The translations under genes were made by a program, and so were the position numbers. Shown here piece after piece: positions 13,305 through 25,301 of a stretch of DNA of 64,000 nt (position 1 is the first letter of the stretch; each line of letters opens with the position of its first letter). A model generated the notes under the pieces. The model was not told the DNA's origin, ran no database searches, and saw only the letters and a program-made list of their open reading frames with translations. The stretch is from Marsupella aquatica (lineage: Eukaryota > Plantae > Marchantiophyta). Location of the stretch: the NCBI GenBank assembly GCA_973895155.1, contig OZ316899.1, positions 7,071,241-7,135,240 on the forward strand, in the 5' to 3' direction.

Positions 13305-16300
13305 GCTCATCCGACGAGTCGGGTTGTCTCATCCTCCCAAGGTTGCGGGTGATGCCAATCAATGATTGGCAACCTTGAGTCAGTGCCCGCCATGGCCTCA
13401 CCCAGCTGGTCTTCTTAGTCTACCTCTAAGACTGCCACTTTGACAGCCACTACCTCGCATAAGGCTGGTGCCATGCTTCTACCGAGGAGCCACGGTGGCC
13501 TAAGGAACCGTGTTGCTCCCTTACCCCAAAGGTTTTTGCTTCTTCTTGTCCTTCCCTTCCATGGTAGTCGGTGCCTTCCCCTTGCCACTTACTTTTGGCA
13601 AGGGTGAGGGTACCTTGGCTTGTCTCTTGGTCAGGACCACGCCCTACAACCTTGTTGCCACCATCGGGGGTCCACTTGTTGCTGCCTATCGATTTAATTA
13701 ACTCCTCAGACAGTTTCTTCAGCCGCTTTGTTTGGTTGTCCGCTCGCCTCTGCAAGTTCTCTAATTTCTGTGTGGCATCCTCCAACTCCTCATGGGTCTC
13801 GTCTAAATCCCCGCGAGCTTCCTCCAACTCCTTTAGGTTGTTGTCCAACTCCTTCCGTAAGGCCGCCCTCTCCTCCTGGGTTGCTCTTAGCTCTGCGTTG
13901 AGCTCATGCACGACTTCAAACTCTATCTTATTCATCTTCTCGTAGGTTTGGTTGAGCATGTCATCCTTCTTATGCATGTTGGCTTGAAAGTTGGCCGACA
14001 GGGTTTTGCAGTCCTCCTTCAACTTATCGACGCTTTTGTAGGCCTCATCCAAGTCGTCCTTTTTATTATGGAAGGCCCTATGGAATTCTTTGATCTCCTC
14101 CTTCAGTGCCGCTCCTTCCTCAGCACCTTGGTCATGGCTTTGTTGACGACCGTTAGGTGAGCAGCCTCTGCATCTTTAAGCTCTTGCTTCCACTTCTCCT
14201 TCTCCTTGAGAGCCTCGGCCAAATGCCCTTGGGTCTAGGCAACTTTATTCTTGATTAACTGGTTATCAGCCTTGGCCGTATCCAGTTGCCCCTGCATGAT
14301 GTTTATCTCATGCATCCTAACCCGCAGCTTGTCTTGAGCCTGTTTGGCTGCTTTTGGATCTCCAGTCTTGGCTTCCTTCTCTCTAAGCCGCCAGATGACC
14401 TCCTCTTTCTTCATCCTCTCCAAGGCTAGTGCCTCCTCCCACCGGCTCTTCTCCAACCTCTCCCTATGGAGGAAGGGCCCCATCTCTAACTCCTTGCCAA
14501 AGATGTTGAGGGCAAGTAACCCGCACATCCTCTCGTACTCCAGGGCTCTAGAACGTGCATAGATGGAGTGGTTAGGAGATGCCAACATCTCCCAACGCAG
14601 CCTTTGTTCCCAAGTCATCCTCCAAATCTTGTCAAACGTGGGCAAGGGCCCGACTTGGTCCTCTACAAGCCGCCAAATGTCCTTTGGCCATCCTTCGCCT
14701 GGCAAATCCTTCTCCTTGGCCAAGGTTGCCCTCTCCAGATCTTGGAGTTGCTCTTGCAACTCTTGGTCAGCCTGTTTTCTCCCATCGTAATTTGGAGGAG
14801 GGACGTCTGGTGGGGGAGACTCCGGGCTTCTCTGCTGTTTTGGGTCCCCACGCACCACTCTTGGAAGTGTGGGAATGAAACGGCCATAGGTCCGCACCCC
14901 TGGTACCAAATGATCTGACCCGTAGCTAAAGCGTCCTTGTTATATTCCTCCATGCCCTCCCTTCCGGCCTAGAGTACTGGTGCTTGCGGATCCTCTCTTG
15001 GGCTAGCCGCAAAAGCGGCATCCTGTTGGGAACTGTGCATGTGTGCGGTTCTCTCCTCTGGCTCCCACACCTGCCTTCCTCTCTCCTCATCATGACTACA
15101 AACCCTGGGCCCTTGTCCCTCGGGTTCTGGTCTTGAGGCTCCCACGCACATCCGCACCCCTGGCTCGTCTGCTGGCATCCTTCTCTTTGCGCCCTCGGCA
15201 AACGGATCTGCTGTGGTGGGTCTTCCGGTTCCTCCCTCCTCAACCATGCCCTATACCGGTGCCCTTATTGTCATTGCCATCTTCTCCTTCTGGAACATCT
15301 GCAGCAGGCTCTACATGGTCGGTTGCTGCATTGGCATGGATTCCGGCATTGGACTAAAGATCTGTGATATTGTGGAGCTGCCGGGCGGTTTGGGCTTCCT
15401 TGTTGCCGGCCTTGGCTCTAGCTCCTCCTTTGGTGCCCTTGCCTGCAGGGGGAGTATGGGCGCAAAGATCTGTCTCCGGGCATACCGGCACAACAACGGC
15501 ATGTGATAACCAAGCCAAGCCACACTCCCCTGACCTGCCACTTGTTGTTCTTCCTTCAAGATCTTCTTTAGTTGGGCAAGGAGGTATCCATTGTAGTCCC
15601 AGCTTGGGGCTAGGTAAACCTGTGCCTTGCCGATCTCCAGTCTTGGCAGGTTACAATGCATTGTCACTCGCAAGAAATCATTCATTTCTCCAATGTGCGG
15701 GTTGGTGCAGGTGCTTTGGAAGAAGCCATTCTTTGTTGATGGCTTGGGGAATGATCTAAACTCCCTGTCCAACAAGTTCTTTTGGGTGTCTACCTTGGCC
15801 TTGTTGCCCATTGGCAAGCCAAACACTTTGGCAATCACCTTGGGGGTGAGATAGAAGTCCCTCCCATAGATCTTGGTTGAGTTGGACTCGTGGTCCCATG
15901 ATCCCACGAATTCCAACAAGTCTGATTTTGGCACCTCCGGTTTCAGCCACGACAATCTAACAATGGCCTCCAAGCCCAACCCGGCCATGAAGCCTTGGTA
16001 TTTGTGGTACGTCCCATGGCTCCCTAAACCCAAGAAACCCCTTTGCACAAGCCGATTCCCGCAAGTTTCGCTCTTGGCGAGGCCGATTTTGCGGCTTAGC
16101 GGCATGGGACGCTGCTAACTTCCTTCTACTACTATTTAACATTTAACTCACATATACTGGACAGATCCTTCATCGGGTCATGAGATACATAGCCGGCCTA
16201 TTCTAGGCCTTCCCTTGTCCTCCTCTCTCGATTTCCCTTTAGGTATGTTTGGATTCCGCCGCCGGAATGATCCCCAACTGGCTTGGGTAAGCCGCTAAGA

Positions 16301-17950
16301 CCTCTCTCAGCTCGACACATCCAACTCTTACTACCTTGCTTACTCCCTTCTTGGTTGATGTGGGCAATCTTCAAACAAGTTAATGCGACACACAAATAGC
16401 AAAATGACTCCTTCTGACTGAGTTATATCATGCACTTGCCATACAAACAGTACTTCTCATATACAAGATCTGCGAACTAAGCCGTGAGGCCAACTCTATT
16501 CATCTCTTAGGTATGAGGAAACATGAATATACACAAGGGTCATAGTATAACTAACCGAGAGCTTCTTTAACTACTTGATCCCAGCCCTGCTGGTGCACTA
16601 AAAACTTGCTAAGGAAGAAGGCCCGCAACTCCCCGCTGCCCAGGTACTTATCCTGGTAGTGGATCCGCCTAATTCCTTGTAGCATAAGCCTAATCTACCT
16701 ATGTACAGCGAGGCAGGAGCACAAGTGTTGCTCTTACCAGTGGATCCGCAATCCCACTAAGCTAAGTGTCAGGGCCGCCTCTTGGTCCTGATCCTAATTC
16801 TAAACTTGGAGATCTGGGCCCGCCCTGCCCACTCACGCCTCCCTCCACGTCCGCCCTCCTTAAAAGGAGCGGCCCTCCACCACCGTCATGGCAACGGTGT
16901 CTGGTCCTCAATGGACGCCCCCAACACTTCCTCCGCAACCACTACCGTAGGTACGTCCTCTGACAGATTACCTGCTCCGGACCGAGTTAACTCTCCATCG
17001 GCCTAACTGGGTCCACCCTCGGCTTCGGCCTCAGCATCGGCCACGGCCTCCCCGACATGTTCTAGTGGTGGATCCGGTACCCTGGCTTCATCACCGAGTA
17101 TCCTGGCCTTGGCTTTGCCATCCCCGCCTTCTAGGGCAGTTGGATCCTCTGTCGTGACCCTGCCTGAGGTTGGTGTTGGGTTTACCTCCTTGGTCACAAC
17201 GGCTTGAGGAGCCGTATTACTCCCTGACCCAGAAGGTTTCTGCTTCTTCTTCTTCTTTGGTTCGGCAGCTGGCCCCTTCCCCTTGCCACTTACCTTCGGC
17301 ACCGGTGCGAGTGTCTCGGCTTGTCCTTTGGCCAGTACTACTCCTGGTAACTTGGTTGCCCCAATTGGAGTTGGACCTGAGGAAGCCAAGCACTTAAATA
17401 TTGCGACCTGTTTCTTTAGCCGCTCCATTTGGTTGTCGGCTCGCCGCTGTAAGTTTTCCATCTTCCGCGTGCTTTTCTCCAACTCCTCCTGCAATTCATC
17501 CAGGTCCTTGCACGCCTCCTCCCGCTCCTTCTGGGCTTCCTCCAATTCCTCCTTTAAGGTAGCCCTCTCCTCCTGGGTTGCTCTCAGCTCCTTGTTGAGC
17601 TCCGTAACGACCTCAGACCCCATTTTATTCATCTTGGCATAAGTCTAGTAGAGTTGGTCGTCTTTCTCACGGAGGTCGGCCTTGAAGCTGGCCATCATGG
17701 ATGCGAGCTCCTGCCGTAGCACGATAATCGCCTGATAGGATTTCCCTAACTCGGCCTCCTTCTGCTCAAGGGCTCCGCGGATATCCTCGAGTTCCCCCTT
17801 TAGCGCCCTTTCCCTTCTCTGAGTTTCCGCCATGGCCCGATTGTTGGCTGCTATGTGGGCCTCCTTTGCGTCTCTCAGCTCTCGCTTCCACTTCTCCTTT
17901 TCCTTGATCGAATCGGCCAGCTCACCTTGGGTCCGAGTAAGTTTATCCTT

Positions 17951-20900
17951 TTTTTTCTTTTTTCTTTTTTTGGATTTTTACATTTATTCCGCGTGAAACC
18001 CATGGATGGGGGAACCAGCAGGCCAAACGGCATCATAAAACCTCAAACGCCCAAAGGAGGCAATAACAAAGAGTTACTCAACCAGGGTCACCAGATCAGG
18101 CAAAGATTATGAAGCCGTTCTACTAGTGTTCCATGCAGCAAGTAATAGCTAGGGGATAAGCACTAAAAGGCGCAGTAGGTCAGCAGAGTAAAAGTGTAAA
18201 GTGTCAAACCATTGTCTAGTACTGAATTAATCCACCTAATTAGTAAGAAGAGGGTGTATACTGTAGCGGGAGAAGGAAAAAAACCAACGGCATGAACTGT
18301 AAGGGCCACCAAGAGTGGTGCAGCCATAAGCTATAGGGATTGAAAACAGTGCGGGAGGTAGTGGCATTGTGTATGAGGAAATCACGGGAGTAACGGTGTC
18401 AAAAGAGAAGACAAAACTCCCAGATAGCCACATAGTATAAATCAATCTCTCACAAGGCCGCCATCAATGGAGGAAAAAATCCGACGCGACCCACGTCTGA
18501 GAGTGTGAATGCGCTCGATCTCCAACAGTTCTTTGGCACTCGATAGACACCGGTGCTTGCGGCTCAAAGATGAAGGAGAAAGCATGGAAGCAGCCGCAGC
18601 GACATCAATTAGGTGGTCCAGGGTCTCCAAAATAATCAGCATCTGATCAAAAATCCTATGTCTAGTCCGGTCAAAAGTCTGAGCATTCCTAGCCAACCAA
18701 ATGTTCCACAAAATCTGATAGGTAGTGTAGATCCGAAGGGAGTGAATAGGTAATTTTCCCACAGCAGACTTGATAAGGCCAATCAGGGATGGCGTTCCAT
18801 TGCAGAGTGCACCATGCATCCACCCGTGAGCATCAGTCCAACACCTACTGGCGTGCCTGCATGAGAAGAAAATATGTGAGATAGACTCAAGGAGTCCCAC
18901 ACAAAGCACACAACAACCATCAGATTTTCCAATTCTTAGAGCCCTAGAGCCAGAAAACAGACCCTGTGCAAGAATACGCCATAGAAAGACTTTCGCTCGG
19001 GTAGAAAGATCAGATGTCCACACAGCCCTCCACACTTCATTCCATTCTCCATCTATGAGGGCCTCCGCCCAGATCCGGTTCAGACGAGCAGAATCAGTGC
19101 CTTTTGGGCGCAAAAACTCATAGGCTCGAACATTTGTTAATCCAAAGCGATTAGTTCCAACCGCCTGGTCCAGGCAAAGCCATTGTCGTGCAAGAGGCAA
19201 GGTTCCAATGCCGCCAAAGGGAGTTCCACGAATTACTCCCGTCAAAGAGAGACATAGAACCCTGCAAGGAGATGTAAGGCCTCTCAACCGTTGTAGTCGT
19301 GATTCAACATTCATCCATGTGCCATCAGTAGCAGACCAGAAATCCCCGATTTTCCTTATGCCAAGTTTACCAAACGTTCTGGTTAACTCCATAATCACAG
19401 AATCAGGTAGCTCATAGAATCCCTATAAGCAGCGGATAGCATCTTCAAATCCCCAATGGCCAGGGATAGGGTCATAAGTATTAGGGTAGAAGATCAAGTG
19501 TTCTCTCAACTGTTCCCAGGCACTCCACAATTGGCTAGTATATGACAATCTCCCAAAGCTATGAGGGGTGCTAAGAAGCATCTTGTCAGTCAAGGAGTAC
19601 ACATTCCTGCGGACAATCTTGTAATTTTGCCATTTCGTCAATCGAAGATTTTCAGAGAGCATGCAAGCCCATTCAGAGTCGGGGCAATCCAAAGCCCCGG
19701 TGAACCATTTACTCAAAAGTGCGTCCAAGTGACTTTTGAGATCCTTCAATCCGAGACCACCATCCAGCTTGGGCCGAGTCATCTTGTCCCAAGCCACAAG
19801 AGGGATTCGTTTCCCCCCCAACGGGTTGGAGCCCCACAGAAAAATCCTGTTTAAAGCAATCAACTTTTTAGTCAAGGTAATAGGTGAAAGTAGAAACATC
19901 ATGTGATAAACCGGTATGGCCTGAAGCACGTGCTTGATTAACAACAGGCGGCCTGTGAAAGAAAGGAAGCGAGTAGACCAGGATGCAAGTCATGCACTGA
20001 TCCGATCCAAGCAGAAGCAATGCAGTTGCTTCTCAGAAAGATTAGAACCAAAAGGGGCACCTATGTATTTTTGCACAGTGCCTGCAGCGCTAATTGTACA
20101 CCCCGTTTCGTGTAGCCAGTCAGGGATCTCATCAATAGCCAAAGGTATAATGATAGATTTGCCCAGGTGGAGTTTAGCTCCAGTTGCACAATCATTCGTA
20201 GCAAGTGATAGTGTTTCTAGCCTGTGTAAAAGCAATCTTCGTGGCAGGAATGAAAAGGCCTAGATCATCGGCAAAAAGTCTAAAGCAAATAGTTAAAGAG
20301 GAAGAGATTTGTAGTCCTTGGAGTCGACCAGCTGCAATTTCCGCATGGCAAAAGTCCATCAATGGCTGGGTGGAGATAGCAAACAGAAGAGGAGAAAGGG
20401 GACAGCCTTGGCAAACTCCCCTGCACATCTTAATATCATCAGTCCAAAGTCCGTTGACCAGAACTTTAGAAAAGGAATTACTTAGCAGAGATCGAACTAA
20501 GAATATGTAATGTGAGCTCAGGCCCAAAAGATTCATAGTTTCCCAGATATAGAGATGATCGACCCTGTCAAAAGCTTTCTCAAAGTCAAGCTGCAAAAAG
20601 AGAGACGGAGTCTGCGTGGATTCAATCCAGTCGTGTGTCAACCACGTTAGTGAGATATTTTCCAGTATATGACGTCCAGGAATGAAGCCTGTTTGCTGCG
20701 GACTAATCATACGGGGCAGCAGCACCTTCAATCGCAGGGCAAGTAGCTTCGCCAAAATCTTGTATGTGGTTGTTAGCATAGTTAGCGGCCTCCAGTCGCA
20801 CAAACGACGCTTGTCAGTCTTCTTGGGGATAAAACGGATCACGCCATCTTTGATCCCATAGGAAATGTGGCCAGTTCTCCAAAAGTCGTAGATCATATCA

Positions 20901-21641
20901 TATAGGTCAACTTTCACAAAATCCCAGCAAGGACGTAGAACTTTAGCAGTCATACCATCTATCCCTGGTGCTTTATCATTAGGTAGCAATAGTAGGGTAT
21001 CATGTACCTCCTTAATAGTGGGTAAAGCTTCCAATTGGTGGTTCTCAGCGGCAGAGGGGCAAAAATGAGTGTGCTCACAGAGTTTTTGTCTAGCAGCACG
21101 CATCGCCAAAAGCTCCTCAACATTGAGTTCCTGCGGAGAATACAGCGCCTCACAGAAATTTTGAACCTCCTTGATGATCAGATTTTTGTCATGAATCTCT
21201 GAACCATCATCTCCAATTAGGTACTCCATAGTCTCTCTCAGACGTTTTGCTTTGACCAAAGAGAAGTAGAACTTGGAAGGTTCTTCACCCTGGCCAAGCC
21301 AGTTGATCCGGGACAGCTGCCGGTAGTGATGTGCATTCTCAAGTTCCATTTTGCGAACACTGTTATCAGTATAGGCAAATTCCTGCAGATCATTTGGAGC
21401 ATGCTCGTCCATGATAGAGATTTTGAGGAGGCAAAGTTTGTTCCTGAGGATTGCCAGCTCCTCCTCCCGGGGTACCGGCAAAGATTGCAGCTCCATAAAG
21501 CACTTCCAAAATCTTTGGAATGCGTTGGCAAAGCGTAAATGAGGATCCGCAGAGGGCACATCATCACCCCGCCAGGCAGCCTCTAAAAGATTCAGGTTCT
21601 CTGCCTTCCGAAGAACAGAGGGCTTTAAATAAGTAGCTCTC
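17951..21641 (-). mobile_element. 5'-truncated L1-clade LINE (LINE-b), related to but distinct from LINE-a
   Basis: T-rich tail at 17949-17971; 8-bp TSD TTATCCTT at 17943-17950 and 21642-21649; starts just downstream of the endonuclease domain. Confidence 0.9.
18442..21641 (-). pseudogene. LINE-b ORF2 remnant (RT plus zf-RVT-type C-terminus)
   Basis: KAPGIDG, WRPLTML, LDFEKAFD, QGCPLSP, LFADD, CVLC...HIFFSC; frameshift near 20192 and stops at 19990 and 19423. Confidence 0.9.
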
Positions 21642-24600
21642 TTATCCTTGATAATCTGATTATCAGACTGTGCGGTATCCAATTGCCCTTGCATGATGTT
21701 GAGCTCATGCCGCTTATTCCGCAGCTCATCTTGGGCTTTCTTGGCCGCCTTAAGGTCTTCTACCTTGGCTTCCCTTGCCCTAAGCCGACGGATGACCTCG
21801 TCCTTCTTGCTTCTCTCCAAAGCCACCGCTTCTTCTAATCGACGCTTCTCCAACATTTCCCTCTGGAAAAAAGGTCCCTGCTCCAACTCCTCTCCAAAGA
21901 TGCCAAGCGCAAGTTCCCCACACATCTCCCCGTACTCCATGGCTTGTTCTTTAGCATAGGCGGAGTGAGTAGAAGTCATCGACATCATCCACCGCGGCCT
22001 TTGTTCCCAAGCCGCCTTGCCAATTTCTTCTATCGTGGCTGGTGGGCTGCTTTGTTTTTCTGCAAGCCGCCTGATGTCCTTTGGTCATTCTCCTCCTGGT
22101 AAATCCTTCTCCCTAGCCAGGGCTGCCTCTTCTTCCTCCCTGAGTCGTTCCTGAAACTCCTATGCCGTCTGTTTTATGCCGTCAAAGCTCGGGGGAGCGA
22201 CATCTGGTGGGGGAGACTCGGGGCTGCTCTGCTGGGTCGGGTCCCCTCGAACTACTCTTGGAAGAGTGGGGATGAACCTGCCACAGGTCCTTATTCCTGG
22301 AACATGATGGTCCGACCCGTAGCCGGAGTCATCATTGTCGTAGCCTTCTACCGTCTCCTCCTCGGCTTGGACTACCGGTTCCCACCGCTGCTGTCCTGGT
22401 CTTGCCGTGAACACGGCCTCACAGATCACGGGTCCTAGTTCCTCCGGCTTCCACGTTGATCTCATCTTCTCCCTGTCGCGACTAGGAGCTTTGAGCTGCT
22501 TTTCCTCGGCTTCGGGACTTGAAGCTCCTACATACATTCGGACTCCCGGCTCGTGTTCCGGCCTCCTTCTCTCCTTGACCCCTGTAAAGGGGTTTTCCCT
22601 GGTAAGTTGGCTAAGGCCGACTTTGGGAGTAGTATTCTGTACCGGTCCCGTTGCCGTTGCCGTTCTCCTTTCCTTCTCCAGCAATTTCAGCAGAGTCTGC
22701 AAGCCTGGTTGCTGCATCAGCAAGTCCTCCTTCCTCGGCCTAAACACCTGCTCAATTGTAGGATTGTCGGACTGGGTCGGTTTCTCTGTTGTCGGCCTCG
22801 GTTCCGGAACCTCCTCTGGTGCTCTTGCCTGCAGAGGCAGTACCGGGGCGAATATCTGACTTCGGGCATACCGGCACAACAGCGGCATATGATAACCAAG
22901 CCGGGACACGCTTCCCATGTCGATCACCAGCTGTTCCTCCTTCAAGATCTTCTTTAGTTGGGTGAGGAGGTACCCGTTGTAGTCTCGGCTTGGGTCTGGC
23001 CTCTCCGCCAGATAGACCTGTGCCTTGCCGATCTCTGCCCTCGGCAAGTTACAATGCATGGTTACCCGCAAGAAATCGATCATTTCTCCTATGTGCGGGT
23101 TGGTGTAGGTGTTTTGGAAGAAGCCATTCTTTGTTGATGGCCCTGGAAACGCCCGGAACTCCCTGTCTAGCAAGGTCTTCCTGGTATCTACTTTGGTCTT
23201 ATTGCCCATCGGCAAGCCAAACACTTCGGCAATCACCCGGGGAGTGAGATAGAAATCCTTCCCATACACCCTTGTGGAATTGGTCTCGGGCTCCCATGAT
23301 CCCACGAATTCTAGTAAGTCTGAATCCGGCACCTCCGGCTTTAGCCATGGTAGCTTTACGAAGGCTTCCAAGCCGGATCCGGCCATGAAACCTTGGTATT
23401 TCCGAGTCTGCATAGCCGTAAAGCATGCATCCTCCTCCCGTGCAAAGTGTAATTGCACCTCCTTGAGGAGGGTCGCCGCCTAGCCTTTCCAGGTGTCATC
23501 TCTTGTTGGAACGGCATTGACGGGGTCGACCTCTTCCTCTTCGGCTTCCGCCTGCCTCCTACTTCCCTGCTCTGCTGGTTTTTTGGGTGCCACCGACCTC
23601 GTTCTTTTTGCAGGGGTGGCTTCTTCGTTGTTGTTCCCTTTCCTCTTCATAGCGACTGCCGTGGATGTTTCTCCTAGCACGGTTGCCTTCATCCACCCCT
23701 CCGTGCTACCCTTCAACTCCCAGTGTATGTCGTTGCAGCGGTTGATGGCCTCCCGGATGCTGACTATTCTATTCTCACAAAATAGAAGATTGTCAAGTTC
23801 GTCGGCACTAGGCGTCCACAAGAATTCAGCCGTAATGAGTTCTCCTCCTAAGAAAGCAGACTTCTGCAGCTCCCACAACCGAGCGAGCTCCTGCCGTTCT
23901 CGAGCCGCTCTCTCCGATTCTTTGTCCTCGTAGGTCCCAATGTACTCAGTTGCCCGTTCTAACAGGCATCCCCAAGAATGAGCAGCTTGATTGACGTTGC
24001 TCATACCCTTCTTGAGTTGATTGTCGGTATCTGCTTCCACCCCGAGTTGATTGTCGGTATCTACGCACCCTAACCCTAATTGTGTTCCCTCCCCTGACGT
24101 CCTTACTTTTGGCCTCGGCTCGGGTTCCATAGTCACCCTTAATTGTTTATATTTCCCTATTTTTGTTACTATACTAAGGTGTTTCCTAGGGTACACTCCT
24201 GATTTTACTATTTAAACTGGCCTAATGATTCCTGGCTAGGCATCACAGTATTTTTGGTCTGCATGGCTATAAAACATGCATCTTCATCCCATGCAAAATA
24301 TAACTGCACTGCCAGTGGTAGGACCGCCGCCCACCCCTTCCATGTATCAGCTCTATTGGGGATGGCATTGACTAGGTTGACCTCTTGTTCTGCGGCTTCC
24401 TCCTACCTTTGTCTCCCTTGCTTGGCTGGCTTTCTTGATGCTTCCGACCTCGTTCTTTTGGTCGGTGTGATTTTTTTGTTGTTGGCCATCTTCCTTTTCC
24501 TTTCGGCCGCTCCTGACAACTCGGCCAGGATTGTTGCTTTTGTCCACGCCTCCGTGCAACCCTTCAGGTCCCAGATTGTTGTTGCAGTTGTTGATGGCCT

Positions 24601-25223
24601 ACTGAATGCCAATGATTCTATTCTCTCAAAATAGAAGATTGTCAAGCTCATCGGCAATAGGCGTCCACAAGAATTCAGCCTTGATGATCTCTCCTCCTAG
24701 GAAGGCAAACTTTTGCAATTCCCACAGCCAAGCAAGCTCCTATCATTCTCAAGCTGCTCTTTCCGACTCTTCCTCCTCATAGGTCCCAATGTACCCACTT
24801 GCCATTTGAATAGGCATCCCCAAAAATGTGCAACTTGATTGACATTGCTCATTCCCTCCTTATGTTGTTGCTGGGTGTCTACTTCCGCCTGCCGTGTTCA
24901 CCTTTGCAACTGACAGTCGTTGGCTTCTCCTTGCAATTTGTTTGATCAATGTGCGTGAATGAGCCGTCACTCTTGGTGAACCTCCCTTACCCCCCTCCGG
25001 CCTGCCCCTGCCTGACTTGGTCGCTGATTACCTGCAACCACCAATACTTAGCGTACCCAAACCCTAATCATGCCCCTTAGTGGTCCTTGCACCTATTACT
25101 CCCGGCCTTGGCTCGGGTTTCATGGATATCCTTAATTGTTTACATTTTCTTGTAAGGGTTTTTGTGTATACCACCCAACTTTACTATTTTACAAGCCCTA
25201 GTGATTCCTGGCTAGGCATCACA

Positions 25224-25301
25224 GGTCTCCAGGAGCATATATGAGGGGAGTGGTGTCTCCATGGGGGCTAAGGACGAGCCAAAGTTGTGAGTTGCGGTGG
25301 T
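25224..25301 (+). repeat. Relic LTR, right piece (copy 2: 62497..62574)
   Basis: GGTCTCCAGGAGCATATATGAGGGGAGTGG matches the LTR at ~11171-11245 and resumes where the left piece stopped. Confidence 0.8.

Larger units (their letters stand above)
16886..24130 (-). pseudogene. Single ~1181-aa ORF of the family X inner copy (globular domain, Pro-rich linker, long coiled coil, low-complexity tail); function unknown
   Basis: ORFs 23480..24196, 22160..23458, 21642..21988, 17645..17833 and 17003..17632 are all one frame once the 3,699-bp LINE-b plus TSD is removed. The ATG (MEPEPRP) and the final TGA are conserved in the outer copy. Five in-frame stops at 23480, 22160, 22085, 17645 and 17003. Confidence 0.85.
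16003..24247 (-). mobile_element. Family X inner copy, nested in the outer copy (4,546 bp net of LINE-b)
   Basis: Ends TGTGGTAC...GCATCACA; 5-bp TSD GTATT at 15998-16002 and 24248-24252; collinear with the outer copy. Confidence 0.87.
13038..25123 (-). pseudogene. Family X outer-copy ORF (more decayed; split by the inner copy)
   Basis: Starts MKPEPRP at 25123. Fragments at 24254-24860, 15311..16002, 14969..15247, 14235..14909 and 13450..14052 align with the inner-copy protein (KYQGFMAG.GLEA, GRFIPTLPRVVRGDP, ELRATQEERA). TGA at 13038. Confidence 0.8.
12130..25223 (-). mobile_element. ORF-carrying solo-LTR-like element, family X, outer copy (4,844 bp net of nested inserts)
   Basis: Ends TGTGGTGC...GCATCACA (7/8 inverted match); 5-bp TSD GGTCT at 12125-12129 and 25224-25228. 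No terminal direct repeats and no gag/pol. Confidence 0.85.

Noticed and set aside
15311-16105. 264-aa ORF as a real gene starting at 16105
   Set aside because: Its first ~34 codons come from the terminus of the nested inner element; it crosses the TSD at 15998-16002 and is a fragment of the outer X ORF.
12130-16800. 12130-13100 and 16003-16950 as the paired LTRs of one element
   Set aside because: Similarity continues through the whole ORF, and each start pairs with its own distal CA end and TSD, so these are two nested copies.
13450-17833. Coiled-coil ORFs as host myosin, tropomyosin or SMC genes
   Set aside because: They are intronless parts of the TSD-bounded family X ORF and have no motor or ATPase motifs.
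24014-24062. 30-bp-period duplication (DTDNQL twice) as a functional protein repeat
   Set aside because: It is a local in-frame slippage that is not seen in the outer copy.
16003-24247. Family X as a CACTA, hAT, Mutator or Helitron DNA transposon
   Set aside because: TG..CA ends with a 5-bp TSD do not fit these superfamilies (3-, 8-, 9-11-bp or no TSD), and no DDE or Rep/helicase motifs are visible.
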